A stretch of 64,000 bases of DNA, taken from assembly GCA_951406725.2 (NCBI GenBank), contig OX597819.1, forward strand, positions 80,910,001 through 80,974,000. The letters are read 5' to 3'. Of the stretch, positions 51,465 to 64,000 are shown one piece after another (the first letter of the stretch is position 1; every line of letters starts with the position of its first letter). The stretch is from Octopus vulgaris. Lineage: Eukaryota. The notes beneath the pieces were generated by a model, which was not told the origin of the DNA, did no database searches, and worked only from the letters and a program-made list of their open reading frames with translations. Both the position numbers and the translations under genes were made by a program.

Positions 51465-53535
51465 CACTGATTTACAGAGAAATTGAGATAAATATAAAAA
51501 TAGTTGTTCTAGCCTAATTTTAGGGTGCTGATTTCACCCATCATCTATAGTTTTTGAGATATCTATTATTATTATTTTTGTGACAATTCACGTAACCTTA
51601 TATATGATCAATTTTTATTTTGTTTTCCAGATTTTTGCGATACATATGATACATAACTCTACAATGGCTTCAGGCACTTCGAAACACCGAGGATGCATCA
51701 ACAAGGCAAATTCATTCTGCTACGTATGTTGTGATTTCCCGATAGTTGCACAGCACCAAACACTTGCTTCCTTCCTGAGAATTGCTTACTTTCATTGTTT
51801 TGACAACAAAATTGTAGATAAGGACAAATCCTGGGCCCCACATATCTGTTGTAAACTCTGTTACAAAGGACCAACTGCGTGGTTTAACGGCAAGAAAGCA
51901 GCCTTCATTTTTGCTCTCCCAATGGTCTGGAGAGAGCCACGAAGCCATGCAGATGATTGTCATTTTTGTCTAACAAATATAACAGGTTTCAATGCTTCTT
52001 CTAGAAAAAAAGATTAAATATTCCAACCTTCACTCAGCTATGAAACCCGTTCCCCACTCAGATGATCTCCCTGTCCCTACACTCTCAGCAAATAAGGATC
52101 TTCTTCCTTCATCAGATGAAAAAATGCCTTCAGGGGAAGATTCTGCCAAGTCGATCTCTTCTGAAGACAATGTCTCTGTTTATCCAGGAGCAAGTGGCAA
52201 TGAGCCTCACTGGATCACGCAGGAAGATCTGAATGACCTTGCCCGTGATTTGTATCTCTCTAAACACCAGTCAGAGCTCCTGGTATCCCGGCTTAAGCAG
52301 TGAAACCTGGTCAGGGCAAATGTAAGGATCGCCAGCTTCAGGACACGGAACCAGGACTTCACTTCATTCTTCGACATGGAAAAAAGGTTGTCCTACTGCA
52401 CAAATGTCTCTGGCATATTCACCAGGCTGAGAAGTCTGAAGGCTGTGTTCCTACACAACGGGATTAAATACACCAGCATTCCCATTGCCTACTCAGTCCA
52501 TCTGAAGGACTCGTATGACAATATGGAGCTTCTTTTGGAAGCTGTCAAGTATAATCAGTATCAGTGGAGTCTCTGCATGGACCTCAAGGTCATTGGGCTC
52601 CTTATGGGTATGCAAGTGGGCTTCACAAAGCACTGTTGCTTTCTCTGTCTCTGGGGAAGTCGGGCTGTATCCAAGCACTACAAGCAGAAGGACCGGAGAT
52701 CAAGGAACACTTTCGTGCTTGGTGAACAGAGTGTCCAAGAAAATCCTCTGGTGGACATGAACAAGGTGCTTCTTCCTCCTCTTCATATTAAGCTTGGTTT
52801 AATGAAAAATTTCGTGAAGGCCATGGAAACAAAACTGCACTGCCTTCCAACACGTGCACTTTGTTCCCAGCTCTGAGTTCTCTTGAGCTCAAGGAGGGTA
52901 TCTTCGTCGGACCTCAGATCCGAGAGGTGGTGAAGAATAAGGACTTTGAGGAGTTTCTTACCTGAAAGGAACTGAGAGCATGGAAAATATTTAAGTCAGT
53001 CTATCATAGCTCCCTTGGTAACACACGGGTACTAGATTACGAAGAGTGTACCGAGAAGTTGTTACAGTCTTATGAGAATATCAGATGCTAGATGTCACTC
53101 AAAATTCACTTTCTCTACTTCCGCCTCAACTCTTTCCCGCCAAGGCTCGGAGCATTGTGTGATGAGCATGAAGAAAGGCTCCACCAAAATATTACTAAAA
53201 TGGAGAGAAACTACCAAAGCAAGTGGAACCCCAGCATAATGGATGGTCTTGCGTGACATCCGAGGCAAACTGTCTGCTGTACTATGATTTGTGTGTATTT
53301 CATTTTCAAGTAATTTAGTTCCATCAATGTTCTGTATCTATGCTGCTTTTATTTTTCTGTAATATGCTTTTGTAACATGAAATAAACACATTATATTTTG
53401 AATTTATATACAGTATAATTAAAATGGGTCATAGGGCAAAACTGTTTAGAAAATTGAATTCACCACATCAGAATTAGTAAAAAAACAACTATTCACATCC
53501 TTGACTCAGAGTAAAAAAAAAATTGTAAAACATTG
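51465..53535 (+). mobile_element. Chapaev3-type DNA transposon, both ends present, transposase pseudogenised (~51664-53250)
   Basis: FCYVC, SWAPHICC, PMVWREP..DCHFC, LNDLARDL, SLKAVFLHNG, DLKV..FTKHCCFLCLW, LLPPLHIKLGLMKNFVKAM, KEGIFVGPQIR; ends cactgatttaca / tgtaaaacattg; 3-bp tta TSD. Confidence 0.85.
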
Positions 53536-54146
53536 TTATTAAAGTAGATTGGCTTATTCGATAAAGATGCCGAGTAACTACTCTACAATATTTAGTATCG
53601 TCAAGGCAGTGAGTTGGCAGAATCGTTATCATGCCGGGTGAAATAGCAGCATTTTATCCGTCCTCACATTCTGGGTTCAAATTCGATAAAATAAGTACCA
53701 GCAAGTATAATCGACTTGCCTACTCTCCTGAAATTGCTAGCCTTGTTCTAATATTTAAAACACATATTTAGCTTCGTTCTTTTCGGTGTTCAAATCCTAT
53801 CGTGGTTGACTTTGGCCTTAATCTTTCCATGGAGACCATATTGTAATATGTTTTTCAAGTGCTGCGTTATTTTAGTCATTTAATATCTACCACCCAAAAA
53901 TCTCTGATTTTGTGTGAATGGCCAAAATCAATATCAACGAGTACTAGGAATTAGGTTTCTGCTAAGTCAGCGCAATGTATGTTGGCTCTGAGGAATATTT
54001 TAGAAGTTACACAAGCCCCCAGCTCTGAGTAGACTGTCTCTGACTGTAAAATTGCTGTAAGCTAATAAAAATGATTACGTTCGTTCATCATTCATTACAT
54101 TCTGTTCTCTCCTGACGCTTTACTCTAAAGCACAGATATATTGAGT

Positions 54147-54210
<64 letters not shown>

Positions 54211-54212
54211 CA

Positions 54213-55008
54213 TAAAGGGTGTTCGGGCTAAATTTGACGTTTTTCTAATGTCTCTTTTTTTTTCAGGGTAAATTTGATATATTGGTTAACAATCAACGGC
54301 GTTTGAAAGCATAAGGACTAAAGTTGTAGTTGAGAAAAAGTTAGCTGATATGCGTGGAGGACGGGAAGCCATCTACATTTTGGAAAAGAGTCATCTGTAT
54401 CATGATGACTCGTGCCGGATATCAAAATTCCGACATCATGACTGCTGTTCAAAACTCTGTAAATACTATGAAAGCTGAAAGACATGACATTGACAGCTGA
54501 AACGTAAACTGAAATGTCGATCATTAGGAAAGCACGCAGTAGACATTCTAACAGCACCTGCACGCCGGAATTCGTCTCCACATCTTAGAACAGGGTTTAG
54601 GATCACTTTAGACGGCAATGGCTGGACAGGATTGCTGTTGGAAGGTCAAATTTGTGGCAGCTGTATTCAGCACTTTGTCAATTCCTTGGAATGAGTCAGA
54701 AGTTGCTATCGGGGTTTTTCTACAACTTCACCAGTCCCAATTTTTGGCCTCTTAACTCCCCCGATTGGAATCCCATAGATTACTATATGAGAGGAAGACG
54801 CCATTCTGACTGCAAGATACAGTGAGTGCTTCATACGCCAGATTCCGGAGCCGTCTTGGGTTCGTGGTGGAAGCAGAGGGAGGCCGCTTTGAATAAAATG
54901 TTATCTCCCAGCAATAATCTAGTTGATGTTTTTTTTTATTTTATGAAATAGTGTTAATTTTGAATGAGTTGTTGTTTTCTCTCCCTTTTATGCAAACTGT
55001 CAAATTTG
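54213..55008 (+). mobile_element. Internally deleted Tc1/mariner (DD37D-like) element
   Basis: FWPLNSPDWNPIDYY motif; ends gctaaatttgacgttt / aaactgtcaaatttgc. Confidence 0.65.
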
Positions 55009-55635
55009 CACACACACACACACACACTGCACGTACATGCTGATATCAATTTTACTTTTCATTCTTCTGAAATTGACCAAATAAAATACCGATCACGTAC
55101 TAGGTTAAGCTTAATCAAATTATTCCTTGCCTCAAAATGTGTAACTTTGTGCCAATGCTAGGGAGCAATGTTGACGAGAAAAGGGGAAGATAAAATAATA
55201 GAATAAGTCGAGCGTCATCAAAAAATCCTTGCAGTATTTAGTTACATGTCTTCATATTCTGAGTTCAAATCCCGTCAGAGTCGTCATTATCGTTCATCTT
55301 TCCGGTATCAATAAAATATGCACCAGATAAGTACAAACCTCGATGTATTCAACTGTTCTCTTACCCCAAATCCGGCGCCTTGAATTGTTGAATGATAAGA
55401 GTGCTGTACAGAATACTTATCGGTTTTTAGTTAAGAACTTATACTAGGTTCAAATCTTTGTCTTTCATCCATCAATGATCGTTCAAAATATGAACGAGTC
55501 ACATCCTGGATCGATTAAACAGTGCATACTTTTAGAATTTAGGGTCCTATAGCATTAAAATTAAAGGTGTCTGAGACTGCTAATAATAATTTGAGTCAGG
55601 TATAAATAAAAGGATTTTAAGCTTAACGTTTTACC

Positions 55636-55990
55636 GTCACTGGATTGCGGTCACACTGGGGGGGTCCACCTTGAAGGGTTTTGTCGAGAAAATCGACCCC
55701 TTGTTCTTGTCTTTAAGTCTGGTATTTATTTTATCGATATCTTTTGTTAACTCGCTCGTTAATGGGGACGTAAACAAACCAAAACTGGTTGTAAATCGGC
55801 GAAGAAAGACAATCACAAACGTACACACACACATACATACACATAAATATTTGATGAGCACCCACTCAGTTTCCTCATACCAAATTGACTGACATGGTAT
55901 TGATCGATCCAGAGCTATAGTAAAGACACTTGCCCAAGATGCTGTGCAGTGGAAGTGAACCTGAAATCACATGGCTGCAAAACAATTCTT
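55636..55990 (-). mobile_element. SINE family A, old diverged copy
   Basis: ggggacgtaaacaaacc..gctatagtaaagacacttgcccaag. Confidence 0.7.
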
Positions 55991-56701
55991 GCGCACTATA
56001 CCAACTATCTCTAATCAGTTAATACAAACCAGATAAAAAACAAACATAGCGAGATTCGAACTTATTATTTTTCAGTCTGCCATTTAAAAAAAAAAAATTC
56101 CATTGCGATAATTAGTGAGTTCCAAGTCAATAATGGTTGCTCCAGGCGGGTTATTCTCAAATGAAAATTATGAAATATTGTTATTTTTTTTATAACTGGG
56201 AAGACGGAAGCAGGAGCGGAAATTATACATTTCCTTTCTTTGGTATATCTCAACTTCTAGTCACACAACAGGATGTAGAATTATCCTGAGTCATTGACAA
56301 GGGAAAACTATTTTATACCATTTCAGCTTAACATATCAATAAACGCCATCCTTTTCTTTATCTATTTTTGTAATTGCCTCCTTCCTAAAAGTAGAAAAGT
56401 ATTCTAATTTGCAATATTCTAAATTTATCATTTGACCTTCGACCTTTCTGGGTCAAACATATTACGTACTAATTTGCTTCTTTTACTTTTTTCCTTTTCA
56501 TTATTCTTTTTATTCTTTTACTTGTTACAGCACTACCATTAGTGGAACAAATCGATCCGAGGACTTTGTAAGCATGCTACTTATTTTGCCGAACCGTTAA
56601 GTTACGGGGACGTAAATACACCAACATCGGTTGTCAAGCGATGGTGGAGGGACAAACACAGAGGTTTCTGACTGTTTTCAAGTATTATTAAGGAGCACCT
56701 A

Positions 56702-56915
56702 AAGGCGGCGAGCTGGCAGAATCGTTAGCACGCCGGGAAAAAAGCTTAGCGGCATTTCGTCCGTCTTTACGTTCTGAGTTCAAACTCCGCCGGAGTCGAC
56801 TTTACCTTTCATCCTTTCGGGGTCGATAAATTATGTACCAGTGATACACTAGGTTCGATGTTATCGACAAGTCCCCCTCTCCGAAAACTTCAGGCCTTGT
56901 GTCTTTAGCAGAAAG
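56702..56915 (+). mobile_element. SINE family B, full length
   Basis: aaggcggcgagctggcagaatcgttagc; TSD-like ttaaggagcacc / ttaaggagcgcc. Confidence 0.88.
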
Positions 56916-57545
56916 GGTCATTTAAGGAGCGCCAAGTAATAGAAACCAGTACAGTTTTGAAGAAATACATCACAGTATTAAGTTAAATATCGTCACAATC
57001 TGTATTTAAATACCGCAGCCACGTAGCGTGGTGTGCACTGGGTATGTGGAGCGCAAAGGGCAAAAGCTTTGCATGCACATGTTTGCCGTCGTCGAAGATA
57101 CAGTATGTTTAAGGAAGATGGCGGCCAATTTGGTTACGGTACAGTGTGGTTCAAAACCACGCTATGCTGCAAAATTACGCCGGGTGTAGACTATTATTGC
57201 TTTTCATCATCCCAATATATTTAAAATAAGTAGCAGTCGAGCTACTATGATTGATTACAGTGATTGTTCCTTTCACAAAATTTGAGGCATTGAACCAATG
57301 TTGATTTACCATTTTTTGCTTTGTAATAATTTTAATTTTCACTAAGAATAATTCAGCAGCGAAGTACGTTGAGAATGTATGTATGTATGTATGTATGTAT
57401 GTATGTATGTATGTATGTATGTATGTATGTATGTATGTATGTATGTGTGTATGTATGCATGTATGTATGTAAGTATCATTACTCAGTTTTATTTCAAGAT
57501 AACTTACCAATAGAGAGAGAGAAGAGAAGAGAAGAGAGAGAGAGA

Positions 57546-57596
<51 letters not shown>

Positions 57597-58162
57597 GATT
57601 TCTAGATCCAAGGCCCCTTCATAGGAATTTCAGCATATGCTTTTGCATGTATGTCTGTATATCTGAAGTATTTGGAGTTAGTGCATGGGCAGATTTGTAC
57701 GTTTTATTTTACATTTATATTCTAATGTTAATCTTCGAATACAGTATTCAAACAATACTTCTTGGTACTTAGACTGTGTTACATATCCTAGTGCTCCAAT
57801 AATTACAGGTATAAACTTGAATTTGTAATCTGGGCAGAGCAGCTGTTAGTTCCTCAATAGTTCGGCGTAGATATTTTCTTTTTGTCTGATCTTTAACTTT
57901 ATATTAACATCCGCTGGGAAGCTGATTTTCACAACTGTACACAGTTCCTCTTTGTTCTAAACCACTAAGTCAGGTCTATTATGTTTACATTTTATCGAGC
58001 TTTCCACCAGTACTCCTTCTACCCGCAGTATAGTAGAAGCTATGGCCTCTACCGTACAGCGAGTTCTTATTTTTTGGCCTCAGGGTTATCTTTCCGCCGG
58101 ATCTCATTATGCAGTGTCTTAACCCTACCATGTCCCATAGGTAGATAATACTGCAGTGGCAT

Positions 58163-58314
58163 TGTATGTATGTATGTATGTATGTATGTATGTATGTATG
58201 TATGTATGTATGTATGTATGTATGTATGTATGTATGTATATGTACGAATGTATGTATGTATGTATGTATGTATGTATGTATGTATGTATGTATGTATGTA
58301 TGTATGTACGTACG

Positions 58315-58348
<34 letters not shown>

Positions 58349-58355
58349 TGTATGT
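58163..58355. repeat. (TATG)n microsatellite
   Basis: Direct inspection. Confidence 0.95.
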
Positions 58356-59170
58356 CTCATAGCCGGCCGCCAACACTTCTTTCTGCAAAATAGGGGTAGC
58401 TAATCCTGTTCAAGCTATATTATTAGCATTATCCTGCGTTTGAGAATTTAAAATCACTAACTTTCTAAGACATCTCAAAACTTCTAAAGCAAACTTCGTT
58501 TGTTTACGTTCATCGTAATTTGAATTTAACGTATGTATGTATGTGGGAGGAAGAGAAGTGCATGGAAACTAGCACTTGTTCAGTCGAAGAAATTTTGCTT
58601 TCTTTTTAAATATCCTTGAATAAAATTAAAGGACTTGAATGATCTTTCATACGTAAACGTCTGGCATACGCCACACAGTAGTAGATGAAGTTTACGAGCT
58701 GTCTTCTAAAACAAAACACCATTGGGCGATGAGAATCACTGCGTCTCACAAACCCATTCGATACTGCTTCTGGTTCTCTGACATAAAACTGTCCAGTATC
58801 AAAACTCTGTTTCAAAATTGAAATTATCTATTGAAATCTTATGTAAGGCTATATCTCGTAGAACATGTTCCGAACACTTACAATGGAATCAAATCCTTCA
58901 AAATTAATTAAAACTAAATAGTATCTACGTAGGCGGGACGAGTCTATTGTTATAAGTGACTCACACATCATTTACGTGTGTGTTTACATTAAATTTCACA
59001 CTAATATTAATCTCAACCAAAAACAGGATGTTACACAGTCACATACCACTAGTGATCATTGCAAATGTCAAATTTGCCAATTGTCAGAAACACTGGAAAA
59101 GGGAAAAGTTTAGGAGTGACGTTTCTAGTTAAAAGTAGAAAGTTAAGAGGGCCTTCTACTCACAAACACG

Positions 59171-59278
<108 letters not shown>

Positions 59279-59300
59279 CATATATATTTCTATACACACC

Positions 59301-59335
<35 letters not shown>

Positions 59336-59548
59336 TTTAATTAAAAGCAGCAGAAATTCAACAAAATTTTTATCTATAGTTCATCTACTCATCATGTATG
59401 GCATATATGCCTGTCGCTTACGTAAGAAAGGGATCGGATATTTCTTCACACCTACACAACCACTTCACTCAATTCCTTTAATTTTTTCAAGAATATTTTT
59501 TTAAATGCAAAAGTTCTGCAACAGAATAAGTGAAACTGTCCCCCATGC

Positions 59549-59581
<33 letters not shown>

Positions 59582-59587
59582 CATACA

Positions 59588-59618
<31 letters not shown>

Positions 59619-59619
59619 C

Positions 59620-59990
59620 TACTAGTGTGGAAAATGTCACCGACATCATCAGCAGCTGCTCCAAAATGTCTATGAGACACTACCTGCCCCTGAGGCATGA
59701 TATTGTTGCGAAGACTATTTACAATGCTATCCGCATGAAGGACTGCACTGATGTACACTTGAAAAGCATGATAGAACCAGCAGGTATTTACACCTTTACA
59801 AACAAAGAATACAGGTGGAATACCCCAATAAAAACATCACTTCGGTGCAAACACAACAGACCTGATATTTTATGGGACAGGGAACAAAAGTCATGCACTA
59901 TTGACGGGATCAGCTGCCCAATGGATGCAAATGTACCATCAAAAATCTAAGATAATGAAAACATTTGCGGAACTTACAGCATACATGATA
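59620..59990 (+). mobile_element. Fragment of an R4/Dong-like non-LTR element (restriction-like endonuclease domain)
   Basis: ENVTDIISSC..YLPLRHDIVAK..HNRPDILWDRE..ISCP; RHD and RPD motifs. Confidence 0.7.
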
Positions 59991-60794
59991 GCTGTTCAGT
60001 TGTGACCGTGGAAGACAGTCACTGACCACTGCCCATACAAAATATCAGCAATGCCCATGCATGTGGTTATTGCACCCGCAGTTGGCTTCACCCGGGTTCT
60101 CACTCGCAGCTTCCATACTCTCTGCGATCCTCCTACTCAGCCGGGTATCGGAAAGTCGTTTCACCAGCGATTGCAAGACCTAAATTTTTTAGGCCAATAA
60201 AGCTTGCACAGCACCTCACAGACCTTTTCCCACCCTATTGACATTATCCAGAGACAAGCCAGAGCAAGGTAACATTGCCAATGTGGGTTGCTGTCTCAGG
60301 GATATGGGAGTACTATGATTTCAGGTGCAAGTAAAAGATCCCAAAAATGTTTAATGACATTCCTTACATATCTGGTTTCATATCAAGGTAACCTTTTCCT
60401 AGAGATATGCTATAAGAAAAGCTGAGGGATGCTTCACTTCCAGTGGTCTTCCAACACACCAGACACGAAGCTCGAATTTCTGAGGGTCCCTGCTATTGCT
60501 AGATAGTCGTTGAACACACACAAGGTTCATCAGTCTTTTTGATAAGTTCTGTTTTTATTCGTGCTCGATTTCTAGCGACCCACATCGCCAGGCAAGCCCA
60601 CTGGAGGTGCCGGTTTAGTCGCCGACGACCCAAACATGCTACTGATTGTACGGATTCCATCCATGTTACCAGTAGCATTCTTGTGACCAGGCTATACGTA
60701 TATATACGCATGTCTTTGATCAATTCCGCAAAGTAAAGAGTTGGCTTTATGGAGGCAATTATACGGATAAAAATTAAATGTAACAACTTGGGTT

Positions 60795-60856
<62 letters not shown>

Positions 60857-60910
60857 ATATGTATATATATGTATATATATGTATATATATATATATATAT
60901 ATATTGGATT

Positions 60911-60961
60911 TTTGTCAGTGAACAGGTCGCGGTCTTAAAGCGACGAAAATATTTTGACAAA
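60911..60961 (+). ncRNA. Minimal hammerhead ribozyme, G3-C8 core variant
   Basis: tttgtca-GTGAACA-G-GTCGCggtcttaaaGCGAC-GAAA-ATAT-TT-tgacaaa. Confidence 0.65.
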
Positions 60962-61144
60962 TTAAACTTAAATGTTGAAGTGAATCGAACGGTTTTGTGT
61001 GTTTCTTAAATGGCTTACAAACACCTTCCACGCGGCAATTGTTTTCGTTTCAGCACACGATCTCAGATCAAATCACTTGCTATGCAAGTACATCTCTGTA
61101 ATATATATATATATGTATATGTATATATATATATGTGTGTGTAT

Positions 61145-61185
<41 letters not shown>

Positions 61186-61698
61186 CGTGTGTGTGTGTTT
61201 ACGCAGTAGTTGGTGTCGTGTGAAGTTGGCATCAGTGATCAATGTAAATAGTGACGTCATTCATGTAAAGTGGAATGTTTTCAACTGGCTGAGAAAATGT
61301 TGTGAACGTGGCAACGTAAAGGATGCGGAGAGTGATGTTGGGTACCGGGCTAATATGAATTCGGAAGTAGCGGCAGAGTCCAGTCGGAAAGAAAGATTTA
61401 TAAAAAAAAAAAATGAATCATTAGACTGGTGAATAAAAGAAGAGTTCACCAAAAGAAGTCTACTCATTTCAGAGGTAAATGAAAGGACTCTCTAAATTAT
61501 ATTCCATGAATGCTTACTCGCCTCTTAATTAAAGTTCTTTTATTTTGCTTATACTCAACGGTTTTAGTTGTTATTGTCAACTCTTCTGACTTATTAAACT
61601 ACCACCGCTTTCCGCTCTAAACAAGTTGGTTTGCTGAGCTACGGACACATACTGTTGAACCCGTGTTGAGGGTAGCATCGAGAGGCCATAGGGTTCAG

Positions 61699-61749
<51 letters not shown>

Positions 61750-62264
61750 CATACGTACGTACGTATACACATATACACACACGAACATATATATTTGGAT
61801 ATGTATATATATATATATATCCTTATGTTTGCACCTTGTGCGTTAACCATTGATAACATTAAATGAAACTGATAATGTTTTAGGTTTTTCATGTCATTTA
61901 AATTAATGTGACTATTCCGCACTTGTTTTCCGAAAATGGAACGGTTGGGGGCGAGTTTGTGGTGGGATGGCTCCTATTCTAGCAACCTACGTACTGTCTA
62001 TTTCACAGTAATGCTTTTTGCAGAATGAAAAAAATACTCCACTTATCACTCAATCCACCTCCGACTTCCTCTAAGTTTATACATTACATTTATTCCTTTG
62101 AAGTTGCCGCTGGACCTCTACTTTCCCTTTGTCTATTTGTCCCTCTATATGTCTCTATCTGTCTCGCCATCTTCCTCTTGAGAAAAATACGTCAGACAGA
62201 TAAAAAGAGGGTTAGGGAGAAAAAACAAGCGTGACGGGGGGAGAATGACAGATGACATACATAC

Positions 62265-62309
<45 letters not shown>

Positions 62310-62507
62310 TAATTAAAAAGTCAATAAAGAAAAATGGAAACGAAAAATTTAAAAGATGCTTGTTTCATTTTATTTGTATTACAATTGGAAAAGTAATGGA
62401 AATTAAACGATAAAAACATATACCTATAAGAACAAATATAAAAGGAACCGAAACAAGTATAAAAGGAACCACATCAACAAAATAACCCCCAAATATCCAA
62501 AAATATA

Positions 62508-62587
62508 TTCTACATGTGTTTCAATATAACAATATTTTAGAATCATTAATAATTGTAACATCTAAAAATGTAGGATCGCTTCAAGAA
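62508..62587 (-). ncRNA. Degenerate hammerhead ribozyme
   Basis: Minus strand: ttc-TTGAAGC-gat..att-GAAA-CACATG-TA-gaa; core and stem II decayed. Confidence 0.35.
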
Positions 62588-62811
62588 AAATAAGTATATT
62601 TTAGTCTTGAGTTACGAAATGACTTATTCGAGGACTATTAGCTAGTATTGACTCATCGAATTTATTTGAAAAAATATATGTATCTTTTATAGAGACTTAG
62701 TAATTTTAATATTTCTATTATTGAAAACAAGTGGATGTATTCCACTGAAACTAGGTAAATATAAGCCTTCGAACAGAGACGTCAGTGGCGACACCTGCGG
62801 GGTCTGACTGT

Positions 62812-62853
62812 GCTACATTGACAAGGGGCAATACCCCGAAACGCGTCTGTAGC
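62812..62853 (+). ncRNA. Minimal hammerhead ribozyme, U3-A8 variant, intact
   Basis: gctaca-TTGACAA-GGGGcaataCCCC-GAAA-CGCG-TC-tgtagc, at the tip of a longer hairpin 62761-62903. Confidence 0.85.
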
Positions 62854-63087
62854 TGTCGGACTGGCAGTGTGAAGCGGCTGACCTCCCTTGTTCGAAGGTT
62901 ATAATGGATACAGATCGTGTATCAATAGCTATCTTAAGGCGGTGGCCTTATGGAGCTGACCAGCGGCAGCGATTATTCTTATATCTATAAGAATGCCATA
63001 TTAATATGGCGATAACAATTAATTTCCAGTAAACGCTGTCGTAATCTCTTTTATAGAGACTTAGTAATTTTAATATTTCTATTATAT

Positions 63088-63122
<35 letters not shown>

Positions 63123-63213
63123 GTAGGGAAAAATTTTTTTTAAAATGCAGAATGCTCAAATGAAAGAAAATTTTAATAAAATGAGAAATTGATAAAATAT
63201 ATAAATATATATT

Positions 63214-63254
63214 TATTCAACCGGTTTTCGTCATTGTATGACTTGTCAAGAATA
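63214..63254 (-). ncRNA. Minimal hammerhead ribozyme, U3-A8 variant
   Basis: Minus strand: tattc-TTGACAA-GTCATacaATGAC-GAAA-ACCGGT-T-gaata (one base off the canonical register). Confidence 0.6.
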
Positions 63255-63854
63255 TTTATGTTTTAAAAAGTTTTTTTAACAATTAGAAAGGGGAAAAAAA
63301 GAAAATTGCATTGTTTTTTGTAAAAGAATAATGATAAAAATGTACAAAAATTAAAAAATAAGTTCTCCGATACATTGTGAGTTCGTTGTGTATCTTGAGT
63401 TTTATGGTTGTTTACGAAAAAATTACCTTGAGGTGTTAAGATCCAAAGGGATTAAGAGCATGTGTTGTGTTGTTAAATTCAGCATGTTTGCAGGACAGGA
63501 AGTAGTAGTAATTGTGGTCCTGGTTCTTCAGTTCCTGTGTTGTGAGTAAGGGGAGACAACTCTTTTGAGTTCTTCAATAAAACCCAAATTATAAAATTAT
63601 CATTTTAGCTTCATTTGCGTTATCTTTTTTATATAATTGCTTGTTAACTTAACTTTCAGATTTTAACACTTTATTTATATTATTTTCTAATTATATAAAT
63701 CTGCATAGACAATTGCATTTCAAATTGTCATATCATTTATAATAAAAATGATAGTAATAACAACAATAGTAAAAATGATATTTAAAGAATATAAGTTTTA
63801 GCTTGAAGTGATGAATGCATGGTATCTTTATATATTTGTGTTAGTCCATCCATG

Positions 63855-63954
63855 NNNNNNNNNNNNNNNNNNNNNNNNNNNNNNNNNNNNNNNNNNNNNN
63901 NNNNNNNNNNNNNNNNNNNNNNNNNNNNNNNNNNNNNNNNNNNNNNNNNNNNNN
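63855..63954. other. Assembly gap (100 N)
   Basis: Run of n. Confidence 0.99.
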
Positions 63955-64000
63955 CTACACACCCACACGCATACACACACACACATATATATATATATAT

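Noticed and set aside
60030-60500. Possible R2/NeSL-like LINE remnant on the minus strand
   Set aside because: Motifs too decayed to assign without an alignment

Overview
AT-rich, microsatellite-saturated eukaryotic DNA. The repeat families look like those of an Octopus (coleoid cephalopod) genome; this is an inference from recalled repeats, not a database match. No host gene can be called with confidence, and most ORFs in the track are microsatellite artefacts. Retroelements: a near-full-length CR1-group LINE (~18400-22560) with a multi-CCCH zinc-finger ORF1 and an APE+RT ORF2 broken by one frameshift, Tx1/L1-like, RTE and R4/Dong-like LINE fragments, and three tRNA-derived SINE families in dozens of copies. 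DNA transposons: a Chapaev3 element with TIRs and TTA TSD, decayed mariner/Tc1, hAT and Helitron-like elements. The main hidden signal is about 18 minimal type-I hammerhead ribozyme motifs from at least 10 sequence families, read by eye on both strands. They lie mostly in Penelope-like pseudo-LTR fold-backs inserted into (TA)n. They show three Watson-Crick states of the catalytic 3-8 pair (C-G, U-A, G-C) and family-specific palindromic stem-III sequences. A second signal is a SINE-LINE 3'-tail network: one SINE family shares a covarying stem-loop tail with the CR1, and another alternates between a Tx1-derived tail and a second tail, each associated with a different microsatellite.
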